This document shows, one piece after another, positions 10,517 through 18,913 of a stretch of 25,342 nucleotides of DNA. The translations under genes were made by a program, and so were the position numbers. Origin of the DNA: an uncultured Gammaproteobacteria bacterium (lineage in GTDB: Bacteria; Cyanobacteriota; Vampirovibrionia; Gastranaerophilales; Gastranaerophilaceae); NCBI GenBank assembly GCA_964371485.1, contig CAYJMX010000001.1, forward strand, positions 1 through 25,342. The letters run 5' to 3'. The notes beneath the pieces were generated by a model that was not told the origin of the DNA, ran no database searches, and was given only the letters and a program-made list of their open reading frames with translations. Every line of letters starts with the position of its first letter. Within the stretch, counting starts at the first letter, position 1.

Positions 10517-11425
10517 TTAGCTTTTATTAAACTTTGCGCCTTGATAGGTGTCTTTTTCAAGAAAAATTTTATCAATTAAATTTAGCGTTTCAAATTTTTT
10601 ATTTACCCAAGTCGGTTCAACAAGACTTTTAAAAAGCCCACTTGCGGCAAGCCTTTGAACACTTGTTGTTTTTGGCATATATTCTAAAAATTCAACTGCC
10701 AATTCGCAATATTCTTGCATTGTCATAAAATTAAATTTTTCTTGCTCGTGTAATTTAGCTAGTGGTGAGTCTTCAAGAACAGTTAACATGTGTAACTTTA
10801 TGCCATCAATTTCAAGTTCACCCAATCTTTTTGCACTTTGGAGCATTTCTTCTTTTGTTTCATCAAAAAGCCCTAAAATCATATGAACACAGACTTTTAT
10901 TCCTCTTTTTTTTGCCATTTTATACGCATTTAAAAAACATTCATAATCGTGTCCACGATTAATTTTCTCTAATGTCCTATTGTGCGTGGATTGCAATCCA
11001 AGTTCTAGCCAAGCATTTTTATAAGTTGATATTAAGTCTAATTTTTCTTCATCAAGACAGTCTGGGCGGGTGCCAATAGATATTGATACTACTCTATCAT
11101 CACAAAATGCGTCATCATAGATTTTCTTTAATTCATCAACTTTTTTATATGTATTTGAATAAGCTTGAAAATATGCCATAAATTTTTGAGCGTTAAATCT
11201 TTTTGGCAAATTATCAATTGCGGTTCTAACTTGTTCTTGAACGCTCAATGTGTTTGAATGCACTTGAGAAAAGCTTCCAGATTCATCGCAAAAAATGCAA
11301 CCAGTGTTTGATATTGTGCCATCTCGATTTGGGCAAGAAAAACCAGCGTCAAGAGTTATTTTATAAACCTTTTCGCCATATGTATCTTTTAAATATTCAC
11401 TAAATTGATAATATCTTTTTTTCAT
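10517..11425 (-). CDS. TIGR01212 (YhcC/YtqA-like) radical SAM protein
   Basis: GFSCPNRDG..GCIFC (CX11CX2C), YFQAYSNTY, IGTRPDC, ELGLQS, INRGH. Confidence 0.92.
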   Translation of the reverse strand: MKKRYYQFSEYLKDTYGEKVYKITLDAGFSCPNRDGTISNTGCIFCDESGSFSQVHSNTLSVQEQVRTAIDNLPKRFNAQKFMAYFQAYSNTYKKVDELKKIYDDAFCDDRVVSISIGTRPDCLDEEKLDLISTYKNAWLELGLQSTHNRTLEKINRGHDYECFLNAYKMAKKRGIKVCVHMILGLFDETKEEMLQSAKRLGELEIDGIKLHMLTVLEDSPLAKLHEQEKFNFMTMQEYCELAVEFLEYMPKTTSVQRLAASGLFKSLVEPTWVNKKFETLNLIDKIFLEKDTYQGAKFNKS

Positions 11426-11471
11426 TAGTTCCTATGATTTTATCTTAATTTTTAAATTAAAGTTGAAATTA

Positions 11472-11480
11472 TGATATAAT
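11472..11480 (+). promoter_or_regulatory. Extended -10 promoter element for the surE-thiS-purH-MFS run
   Basis: TGATATAAT (TG-n-TATAAT) ending 37 nt before the surE ATG; GGAG RBS follows. Confidence 0.6.
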
Positions 11481-11517
11481 AAACATAAGGAAAATAGATA
11501 ATTTTGGAGTAGCATAA

Positions 11518-12330
11518 ATGAAGATTTTGGTTTCAAACGACGATGGTATAGCAGCAGTTGGTATTAAAACCCTTGTGGCAAGGCTTGCTAAAGAACATGA
11601 AGTATATGTAGTAGCGCCTGATAGAGAAAGAAGCGCAGCTGGTCACTCTTTGACTTTGCATACTCCACTTCGTGTTGAAGAGCTTGAATCAAAGCTTGGT
11701 GCTAAAAAAGTTTTTGTAACTTCTGGTACTCCAGGGGACTGTGTTCGTCTTGGAATTTGCGCCATTTTAGATCAAAATGAACTTCCAGATATTGTTATAT
11801 CGGGTATCAACCACGGTCCAAACCTTGGTGTAGATATTATTTATTCTGGTACAGTAAGTTGCGCTATGGAAGGTTCAATCTTGGGCTATCCAAGTATGGC
11901 GGTGTCACTTGCTTCTATGTCGCCTGATGATTCACACTATGAAATGACAGCGGACTTTGTTGCAACGTTCTTACCTAAGATTGATATTAAAAACTTCCCT
12001 AAAAAAACTGTATTAAATGTGAACACTCCAGCCCTTGATGAGCAAGACATTGCTGGTGTTCAAATTACAAAATTAGGTACAAAAATGTTTACTGATTCTT
12101 ATGAAAAAAGAGTGGACCCTCGTGGAAAAGTTTACTATTGGATGGCAGGCGAGCTTACTACAAAGCATGAAGAAGACGGCACAGACATTTCAGCTGTTCG
12201 CTCAAATAGAGTGTCAATTACGCCTGTAACCTTTGAAATGACGCATAAAACTATTTTATCTGACATTGAAAACAGTTTCTGTCCTAAAGGATATTGCGAA
12301 TGGTTTGGCTATGATGCAAATCAAGCTTAA
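11518..12330 (+). CDS. surE: 5'/3'-nucleotidase SurE
   Basis: SNDDG, VVAP..ERSAAGHS, GTPGDCV, SGINHGPNLG, YSGTV, RVDPRG.YYW, SITP. Confidence 0.97.
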   Translation: MKILVSNDDGIAAVGIKTLVARLAKEHEVYVVAPDRERSAAGHSLTLHTPLRVEELESKLGAKKVFVTSGTPGDCVRLGICAILDQNELPDIVISGINHGPNLGVDIIYSGTVSCAMEGSILGYPSMAVSLASMSPDDSHYEMTADFVATFLPKIDIKNFPKKTVLNVNTPALDEQDIAGVQITKLGTKMFTDSYEKRVDPRGKVYYWMAGELTTKHEEDGTDISAVRSNRVSITPVTFEMTHKTILSDIENSFCPKGYCEWFGYDANQA

Positions 12331-12511
12331 TGGCGAAACTAAAGAAATTGAAAATGGTATTAGCATATCAGATTTAATATCTGATATGGATTTACCAAAA
12401 TATTTTGTTGTCGAATTAAATAAAAAAATTATTTATAAAGAAGATTTTCATTCAAAACTTTTGTGTGATAATGATGTTGTAGAGATTGCCGTATTTTGCG
12501 GTGGTGGCTAA
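12311..12511 (+). CDS. thiS: Sulfur carrier protein ThiS (ubiquitin-like)
   Basis: MQIKLNGE, VVELN, D.VEI, C-terminal GGG. Start moved from the track's 12266 to ATG 12311 (or 12314) to match ThiS length. Confidence 0.88.
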   Translation: MMQIKLNGETKEIENGISISDLISDMDLPKYFVVELNKKIIYKEDFHSKLLCDNDVVEIAVFCGGG

Positions 12512-12540
12512 ATATTTATTATACAAAATGGAGAATGTAA

Positions 12541-14046
12541 ATGAAAAAACGCGCCTTTATTAGCGTATGGGATAAAACTGGACTTGTAGATTTCGCTAAA
12601 AAATTAGTTGAAAATAATTATGAAATAATTGCAACAGGCACTACCTGTAAATTTCTTAAAGAAAATAAAATTGAAGCAATCGATAGCGAGAGTATAACCG
12701 GTTTTTCTGAGTTATTAGGTGGGAAAGTAAAATCATTACACCCTGATATTTTTGCTCCAATTCTAGCTACAGAATCAGAGCAATCAGAATTAAAAGATGC
12801 TCCGATTTCTCTTGTGGCGGTTAATTTATACCCATTTTCAGATTACATTGGAAAAAATACAGACATTGATACTTTGGTTAAAAACATTGACATAGGTGGA
12901 GTCGCACTTCTTCGCGCTGGAGCTAAGAATTTTAAAAACGTAACTGTAATTTGCGATATTAAAGATTATCAAATTGATATAAATAAAATTGATGAAAAAT
13001 TAAATGAAACCCTTGCACTTAAAGCTTTTTCTCATACTTCAAAATATGATAACATAATTAATCAAGAGTTATCTTTCAATTTTGGATTAGTTGATAAAAA
13101 GAAAATTCAAGACGAGTTCGCTTTAAACTTTAGCAAAGTACAAGATTTAAGATATGGTGAAAACCCTCATCAAGAGGCTGGTTTATTCTCTTGTGCTGGT
13201 GAAATTGACTATGATATTTTAAATGGGAAAGAGCTTTCATATAATAATATTTTAGATACAACGGCTGCTTTAAATATTGCATCTGAATTTTTTGATGTTA
13301 ATTGTTGTGTGATAGTGAAGCACACAAATCCTTGTGCTGTGGCACTTGGTAAAACTCTTCAAGAGGCCTTTTTAAGCGCTCTTGATAGTGATCCAATAAG
13401 TCCATTTGGCGGAATTGTTGCTTTTTCAAAAGAGGTTGATGGAACAATCGCCAAGCACCTTGCTTCAATATTTCTTGAAGTTGTTGTGGCGCCTTCTTTT
13501 ACCCAAGATGCTATTGAAATATTATGCTCAAAGAAAAATTTGCGTGTAATAAAGTTAAATACACCATTTGAAATGTATAATTCGTATAATTCAAAAGAAG
13601 TTGTTATGACTCCATTTGGAGCACTTGTTCAGCAAAAAAATAACAAAAGTATTGACGCTGAAACTTTTAAAGTAACAACTAAAAAGAAGCCAACTCAAGA
13701 GCAAATTGAGGATATGGTTTTTGCTTTTAAGGTTGCAAAGCACTGCAAGTCTAACGCTATTGTTGTTGCTAAGGATTTAAAAACTCTTGGCATTTGTGCC
13801 GCTCAAACAGCGCGCGTGTTTAGTGTTGAGATAGCATTAAATCGTGTTTGCGATTCACCAAAAGATGCCGTTATTGCAAGCGACGGCTTCTTCCCTGCAG
13901 TTGATAATATTGATATTATCGCCCAAAACAGAATTGCAGCGATAATTCAGCCTGCTGGTTCAATTAAGGATGATGAAGTAATTGCAGCTTGTGATAAATA
14001 TGGTATTACAATGGTATCTACTGGCATCAGGCACTTTAAGCATTAA
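12541..14046 (+). CDS. purH: Bifunctional AICAR transformylase / IMP cyclohydrolase PurH
   Basis: ISVWDK, VKSLHP, VNLYPF, IDIGG, RYGENPHQ, SYNN, KHTNPC, KSNAI, ASDGFFP, RHFKH. Confidence 0.96.
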   Translation: MKKRAFISVWDKTGLVDFAKKLVENNYEIIATGTTCKFLKENKIEAIDSESITGFSELLGGKVKSLHPDIFAPILATESEQSELKDAPISLVAVNLYPFSDYIGKNTDIDTLVKNIDIGGVALLRAGAKNFKNVTVICDIKDYQIDINKIDEKLNETLALKAFSHTSKYDNIINQELSFNFGLVDKKKIQDEFALNFSKVQDLRYGENPHQEAGLFSCAGEIDYDILNGKELSYNNILDTTAALNIASEFFDVNCCVIVKHTNPCAVALGKTLQEAFLSALDSDPISPFGGIVAFSKEVDGTIAKHLASIFLEVVVAPSFTQDAIEILCSKKNLRVIKLNTPFEMYNSYNSKEVVMTPFGALVQQKNNKSIDAETFKVTTKKKPTQEQIEDMVFAFKVAKHCKSNAIVVAKDLKTLGICAAQTARVFSVEIALNRVCDSPKDAVIASDGFFPAVDNIDIIAQNRIAAIIQPAGSIKDDEVIAACDKYGITMVSTGIRHFKH

Positions 14047-14055
14047 GGATAAAAA

Positions 14056-15234
14056 ATGGCAGAAGCAAATAAAAAAGCATTATTGGGCTTAGGGCTCGCG
14101 CATTTAGCGGTTGATTGGTACGCTTCAATTCTTGTGCCATTGTACCCAATGATTACCTCAAAGCTCGGTATGAACCTTTCTTCAATAAGTGCGATAATAG
14201 CACTAGCGCATATGTCATCTTCAATGTTTCAGCCATTTTTTGGTTTTATATCTGAACATTTAAGACATAGGACTTTTTTATTTTGGGGAGTGGTGCTAGC
14301 CGCTGTTTTTACTCCAATTGCTGCGATAGCAAATCATCCAGTTCTATTTATGCTGTTTTTAATTATAGCGATGTGTGGTAATGCCACTTTTCACCCACAG
14401 GTTTCGTGTTTAGTTAATACTTTTTCAAACAATAACCCTAAAATCGTTAAATATATGGGAATATTCTTGGGTCTTGGAACAATAGGATACGCCATTGGGC
14501 CAGTTTGCTCTTCAACACTTGTTGATAATTTTGGAGTGCACGCGCTCTTGTACACAGCTGTGGCAGGTATTATTATTGCAATTTGCGCTTATTTCTTCGT
14601 GCCAAAAATTCCCAATGAATCTATTTGTGTAAACCACGACAAATTTTTTGCCGTTATGAAAGACATTTTAAAGACTAAGTCGATTCAAAATCTTGTTATA
14701 ATAGCAGTAATTAAAGCCGCAACAAGTATATCTTTTGGTACTTATGCTCCTTTTATTTTTAAAAAATATGGCTTTTCACTTGAATTAATAGGACTTGTAG
14801 TCACTCTGTTTTTTATATCTTCAGCCATAGGAACAATAGTAAGTGCTAAGATTGAACAAAAAATTGGTGCCGCAAGAATAATAAAACTTTCCTTCTATTC
14901 AATACTTCCTCTTGTTGGATTGTTTTTATACCTACTTAAAATTAACCCATACTTTGCTATTCCAGTGTTTATGCTGATTGGTTTTTTCACAGTGTTATCT
15001 GTGTCTGTGACTCTTGTAACGGCACAAAGAATTATGAGCGGACACAAAGGTGTTGTAAGTGGTGTTATGCAAGGTTTTAGCTGGGGATTGGGTTCGTTTT
15101 TCCTAGCGCCTCTTGGCTTCTTGGCAGATTATTTCTTTGTTGAAATTGTCCTAATTGTAATGGGCGTAGTCGGGCTTTTAACCGGTATGTTTGTTATTTC
15201 AAAAGATTTAAGAAAAGAGCTTTCTAGTTTTTAA
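14056..15234 (+). CDS. MFS transporter, Fsr (fosmidomycin resistance)-like
   Basis: About 12 hydrophobic segments; H..VD.Y, QP.FG, GNA.FHP and G..GYAIGP motifs typical of the Fsr-like family. Confidence 0.85.
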   Translation: MAEANKKALLGLGLAHLAVDWYASILVPLYPMITSKLGMNLSSISAIIALAHMSSSMFQPFFGFISEHLRHRTFLFWGVVLAAVFTPIAAIANHPVLFMLFLIIAMCGNATFHPQVSCLVNTFSNNNPKIVKYMGIFLGLGTIGYAIGPVCSSTLVDNFGVHALLYTAVAGIIIAICAYFFVPKIPNESICVNHDKFFAVMKDILKTKSIQNLVIIAVIKAATSISFGTYAPFIFKKYGFSLELIGLVVTLFFISSAIGTIVSAKIEQKIGAARIIKLSFYSILPLVGLFLYLLKINPYFAIPVFMLIGFFTVLSVSVTLVTAQRIMSGHKGVVSGVMQGFSWGLGSFFLAPLGFLADYFFVEIVLIVMGVVGLLTGMFVISKDLRKELSSF

Positions 15235-15270
15235 AAAACCCTGAGCACGCTGTTATTGATTTCCCCTCTA

Positions 15271-15288
15271 ATTGTAAAGTAATGTTAA
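15271..15288. promoter_or_regulatory. Tandem 8-2-8 direct repeat resembling an OmpR-family (RpaB/HLR1-like) site
   Basis: ATTGTAAA-GT-AATGTTAA; reverse complement TTAACATT-AC-TTTACAAT matches (G/T)TTACA(A/T)(A/T)-N2-repeat with one mismatch. Confidence 0.4.
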
Positions 15289-15380
15289 CGAAAATTTAAA
15301 CAAAAAGGCAATTAATTTGAAAACAAAAACTTTAATAAGGTATAGGATGAGGAAATTAAAAATTTCAGGGAGATACAAAG

Positions 15381-15638
15381 ATGGCTATTGGTGCTAAAGA
15401 TAGAATTGATCAAATGTTGGTCAAAAAATACGCAGGTTTAAAAGTTGACAACGCTGTAGTGCAAGCTTCAATGATTGACCCAGCTAAAATGCTAGATGCG
15501 ATGAATGATTATGCTCAAGTGCATATGAGCGCGCTAAATCTACAACAGCAACTCAAAACAACTTGTATCAAAGCGATGGCGATGAATATTCAATACAGAA
15601 AATCAAAACCACTCACACCCAAAAGCGCTGCTGTATGA
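15381..15638 (+). CDS. Hypothetical small protein (85 aa, predicted helical)
   Basis: Strong AGGGGAG RBS, ATG start, fills the gap between MFS and maf; no family recognised. Confidence 0.75.
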   Translation: MAIGAKDRIDQMLVKKYAGLKVDNAVVQASMIDPAKMLDAMNDYAQVHMSALNLQQQLKTTCIKAMAMNIQYRKSKPLTPKSAAV

Positions 15639-15650
15639 TATAATGATTGA

Positions 15651-16253
15651 ATGAACAATCAAAAACAAAAAATTATTCTGGCTTCGGGTTCTCCAAGAAG
15701 GGCGGAGCTACTAAATAGGATAGGACTAGAGTTTCAAATTGTAAACTCAAAATTTAAGGAAGATAAATTAGATAAATTTTCAAATGAAAATATAAAAAAG
15801 AATTCATTGGGAAAGGCATTAGATGTAGCTAAATCATTAGATTATAGCGCGATTGTCATCGGTGCTGACACCACTGTAATCCTCGGTAATGTGTGTTTAA
15901 ACAAGCCTCGTAATTTTAAAGAGGCTTTTTTTATGCTTAAAAATCTATCAAATAAAAGCCATCAAGTAGTAACGGCAATCTCTCTAGTAGAGAGCATTAC
16001 GCTTAAATCGATGAGCAAGACTGTAGTGAGTGAGGTCTTTTTTAGAGATTTAAGTGATATTGAAATTGAAGAATATATAAAAACTGGTTCACCTATGGAT
16101 AAAGCTGGTGCGTATGGAATTCAAGATTTTGTGGATGAAAATACTTCTAAAAACCCACCTGAAGGTAGTTTTATTTCAAAAATCGAGGGTGATTATTGTA
16201 ATATTATGGGAATTTCAACAGATGCGCTTTTAGATATGCTGTCTTCCTTTTAA
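15651..16253 (+). CDS. maf: Maf family nucleoside triphosphate pyrophosphatase (YhdE-like)
   Basis: ILASGSPRR, IGADT, KP, DKAGAYGIQ, IEGD. Confidence 0.94.
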   Translation: MNNQKQKIILASGSPRRAELLNRIGLEFQIVNSKFKEDKLDKFSNENIKKNSLGKALDVAKSLDYSAIVIGADTTVILGNVCLNKPRNFKEAFFMLKNLSNKSHQVVTAISLVESITLKSMSKTVVSEVFFRDLSDIEIEEYIKTGSPMDKAGAYGIQDFVDENTSKNPPEGSFISKIEGDYCNIMGISTDALLDMLSSF

Positions 16254-16284
16254 TCCTTTACAACAAAGTGAATGTGTAGTTTAA

Positions 16285-16306
16285 TTGACTTATAGGTACA
16301 AGTCAA
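16285..16306. promoter_or_regulatory. Inverted repeat in the corA leader (operator or RNA hairpin)
   Basis: TTGACTT-ATAGGTAC-AAGTCAA, perfect 7-bp arms, ending 9 nt before the corA ATG. Confidence 0.45.
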
Positions 16307-16315
16307 AGAGTTATT

Positions 16316-17266
16316 ATGATAGAAATTTTAAAAACAAAAGATAATAACGAACTTATGGAATTGAGTATATCAGAGGCACAGTGTGGCTCTTGGTTTAACT
16401 TGATCGATCCTACGTATGAAGAAATTCAAAAAGTTTCTCTTGTACTAAATCTTGATGAGAGCTTCCTTAGAAACTCTCTAGACGTGGATGAGCGCTCAAG
16501 GATTGAATATGAAGATGGGCATTTGCTTATAATCACAAATATTCCACTGATGGAAGATGAAAGCACTTTTGACACGCTGCCGCTAGGTATAATTTTCACC
16601 CCTACAAGCTTTATTACAGTTTGCTCTAAAGAAAATCGCATCATAAGTAGCTTCAATAAAGAAACTTCAAGATTTTTTGACACAAATAATAAGGCACGAT
16701 TTTTACTAAATATCTTATTTAGATCTACAAAATACTATCTAAGATATCTAAACTTTATCAATAAACAAACAGAATTAATTGAATCTGACCTTAGAAAAAC
16801 AATGAAAAATAAGGCATTGTTTCAACTTTTTGAATCTCAGAAGTCTCTTGTATATTTTACAACAGCCCTTAAAGATAACTATATCGTGCTTCAAAAAATT
16901 CTTAGACTTTCAAAATCTGATTCTATTCCATTTTTAAAGTTGTCTGAAGATGATATCGATTTACTTGAAGATGTAATCATTGAGAACAAGCAGGCAATTG
17001 AGATGGTTGAAATGCATAGAAACATCTTGGAGAATATGATGGATGCTTTTGCTTCAATTATTTCAAATAACTTGAATATGGTGATGAAATTTTTAACTTC
17101 AATTACAATCATCTTAGCTATTCCTACTATGTTTGCAAGTTTTTGGGGGATGAATGTTAATATGCCATTTGCAAACCACGAGTTTGGTTTTGTTATAGTA
17201 ATCATAATCTCTATAATTGCCGCTATGGGTGCCGCTTTCCTTTTCGCCAAAAAAGGTATGTTTTAG
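16316..17266 (+). CDS. corA: CorA family Mg2+/divalent cation transporter
   Basis: LD.DERSRIE, KSLVYF..AL..N, ISNNLN.VMK.LT, two C-terminal TMs with the GMN signature. Confidence 0.93.
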   Translation: MIEILKTKDNNELMELSISEAQCGSWFNLIDPTYEEIQKVSLVLNLDESFLRNSLDVDERSRIEYEDGHLLIITNIPLMEDESTFDTLPLGIIFTPTSFITVCSKENRIISSFNKETSRFFDTNNKARFLLNILFRSTKYYLRYLNFINKQTELIESDLRKTMKNKALFQLFESQKSLVYFTTALKDNYIVLQKILRLSKSDSIPFLKLSEDDIDLLEDVIIENKQAIEMVEMHRNILENMMDAFASIISNNLNMVMKFLTSITIILAIPTMFASFWGMNVNMPFANHEFGFVIVIIISIIAAMGAAFLFAKKGMF

Positions 17267-18324
17267 TCTAAATTTGCGATACCATTTGCTACAACATAGG
17301 CACTTGACCAGCAGTTTTGTAGATTAAACCCGCCGCATAATCCATCTATATCCATTAATTCTCCACAAAAGAAATATTTTGGATTTATTTTTGACTGACA
17401 ATTTTTGTCGATTTCTTTTAAATCTACTCCGCCTGATGTTACAACTTCACCCTTGCCATCTGTAGAAATTATTTCAAACTTTAAGCTTGTCATTTCTTCA
17501 ATTTCACTTTTTTTAATATTGCCACATTGAGCATCATAATTTTTCATAATCGCCTGAGCGAGCGACTTTGGGATGAATTTTGAAACGATATTTCCAAAAG
17601 ATTTTTTTGGATTTTCTTTTACTTCACAAAATAGTTCTTCAAAATCAATTATATCAAGCACCACGTAGTATGGAAAATTCTCTCTTGCCCTAAGAGATGA
17701 AATTGTATAAATAAGAGGGCCTGTAATACCTTCTTTTGTGAACATTATGTCCCCTTGTTTGGTTTTAACGCTCACGCCTTGAGGGTATTTTATTCCATTA
17801 TTTTTAATTTTTAAACCACAAAGCGCTGGTTTTGGTTCAATAATATTGTGACCAATTTGTTTAGCCAGCTCATATCCACCTTTAGAGCCTGTTGAAAGAA
17901 CTATATAGTCGTATGATTTAAGAGAATTTATATCAAAAATGTCTCTATAGATAAAAGTGCCTTTAAATTTCTCAAGCATTTTTTTTCTCATATCGCTCGC
18001 ACTATTTGATTCAGGGAAAAAGCGCATATCTTCTTGCATGTATGTTTTTATGCCGATTTTTTCAAAAAAATCAAGGCTGTCATATACAAAGTGTTTAGAA
18101 AAAATTGAATATAAAAACTTTTCTCCCCTTGGGTAGTTTTTTGCAAATTCCTTAATATCATCTCCATAATGAGCCAAATTGCACCTGCCATTACCTGTTA
18201 CAAGGAGCGTTTTAAGGGGCGAATTTTTTTCAAAGATATCTATTTTAAAATCACCCAACTCTTGAAGATGTAGCGCACAGTACAATCCAGCAGGCCCAGC
18301 ACCCACTATGGCGATTTTTTTCAT
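17263..18324 (-). CDS. HI0933/BaiN-like NAD(P)/FAD-dependent flavoprotein
   Basis: GAGPAG, TGNGRCN, FT..GITGP, VTSGGV, GELMDIDG.CGGFNLQ. Confidence 0.92.
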   Translation of the reverse strand: MKKIAIVGAGPAGLYCALHLQELGDFKIDIFEKNSPLKTLLVTGNGRCNLAHYGDDIKEFAKNYPRGEKFLYSIFSKHFVYDSLDFFEKIGIKTYMQEDMRFFPESNSASDMRKKMLEKFKGTFIYRDIFDINSLKSYDYIVLSTGSKGGYELAKQIGHNIIEPKPALCGLKIKNNGIKYPQGVSVKTKQGDIMFTKEGITGPLIYTISSLRARENFPYYVVLDIIDFEELFCEVKENPKKSFGNIVSKFIPKSLAQAIMKNYDAQCGNIKKSEIEEMTSLKFEIISTDGKGEVVTSGGVDLKEIDKNCQSKINPKYFFCGELMDIDGLCGGFNLQNCWSSAYVVANGIANLD

Positions 18325-18837
18325 TTATTCTTGCTCGCTCATTACTGTGCCGTATAAAAACACATCTTCTGGATTTTCAAGCTCGGCGTGCAGTTCTTCA
18401 ATAGGCTTATTAATTACAGGGTGAATTAAGTCCATATTTACTTCAAGCAGTGGCACAAGCACAAACGCTCTTTTGTGTGCATGCATATGTGGTATGTTTA
18501 AAATTTCATTACTAAATATCAAATCATCATAAAATAAAATGTCGATATCAATCAGGCGCTCGCCCCATTTTGTGTCTTTTTTTCTTATTCTTCCAATTTG
18601 CGCCTCTGTGTCTTGGCACACTCTTAAAAGTTCAATTGGTGAAAATGCAGTTTCAATTGCAACAGCGGCGTTTACAAACCACCCTTGATTTTTATTGCCC
18701 CAAGGTTCAGTTTCATAAAAAGATGAACTTTTAAGAATTTTAATTTCTTCATAATTAGATAGCACTCTAACCGCTTGTTGGATGTTAGAGAGTCTGTCTC
18801 CTAAATTTGAACCTAGTGATAAATAAGCTTTTGACAT
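18325..18837 (-). CDS. folK: 6-hydroxymethyl-7,8-dihydropterin pyrophosphokinase FolK
   Basis: YLSLGSNLG, SSFYETEPWG, WGERLIDIDIL, PH, RAFVLVPL. Start set to ATG 18837, which follows AAGGA. Confidence 0.96.
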   Translation of the reverse strand: MSKAYLSLGSNLGDRLSNIQQAVRVLSNYEEIKILKSSSFYETEPWGNKNQGWFVNAAVAIETAFSPIELLRVCQDTEAQIGRIRKKDTKWGERLIDIDILFYDDLIFSNEILNIPHMHAHKRAFVLVPLLEVNMDLIHPVINKPIEELHAELENPEDVFLYGTVMSEQE

Positions 18838-18854
18838 ATATTTGCAATCCTTAT

Positions 18855-18883
18855 TTAACATTTTATTATTCTTTTGCTATAAT
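18855..18883 (+). promoter_or_regulatory. Sigma70-type promoter for ftsH(-acsD-acsC)
   Basis: TTAACA (18855-18860), 17-nt spacer, TATAAT (18878-18883) with extended TG. Confidence 0.7.
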
Positions 18884-18913
18884 AGCAATAGGATAATTTT
18901 AATAGAGGATATT

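Noticed and set aside
10517..11425. Unusual CX11CX2C radical SAM motif or a cobalamin-dependent partner for CoFeSP
   Set aside because: This spacing is normal for the TIGR01212 family; there is no B12-binding domain and the gene is about 9 kb from acsDC.
15235..15380. Riboswitch or anti-RBS structure (CCCTGA/TCAGGG and TCCCCT/AGGGGA pairings)
   Set aside because: Only 6-bp complementarities about 100 nt or more apart across very AT-rich sequence; no known aptamer features.
18838..18913. Overlapping 5' ends of folK and ftsH as given by the ORF track
   Set aside because: Artefact of longest-ORF calling; RBS-supported starts at 18837 and 18914 leave a 76-nt promoter gap.
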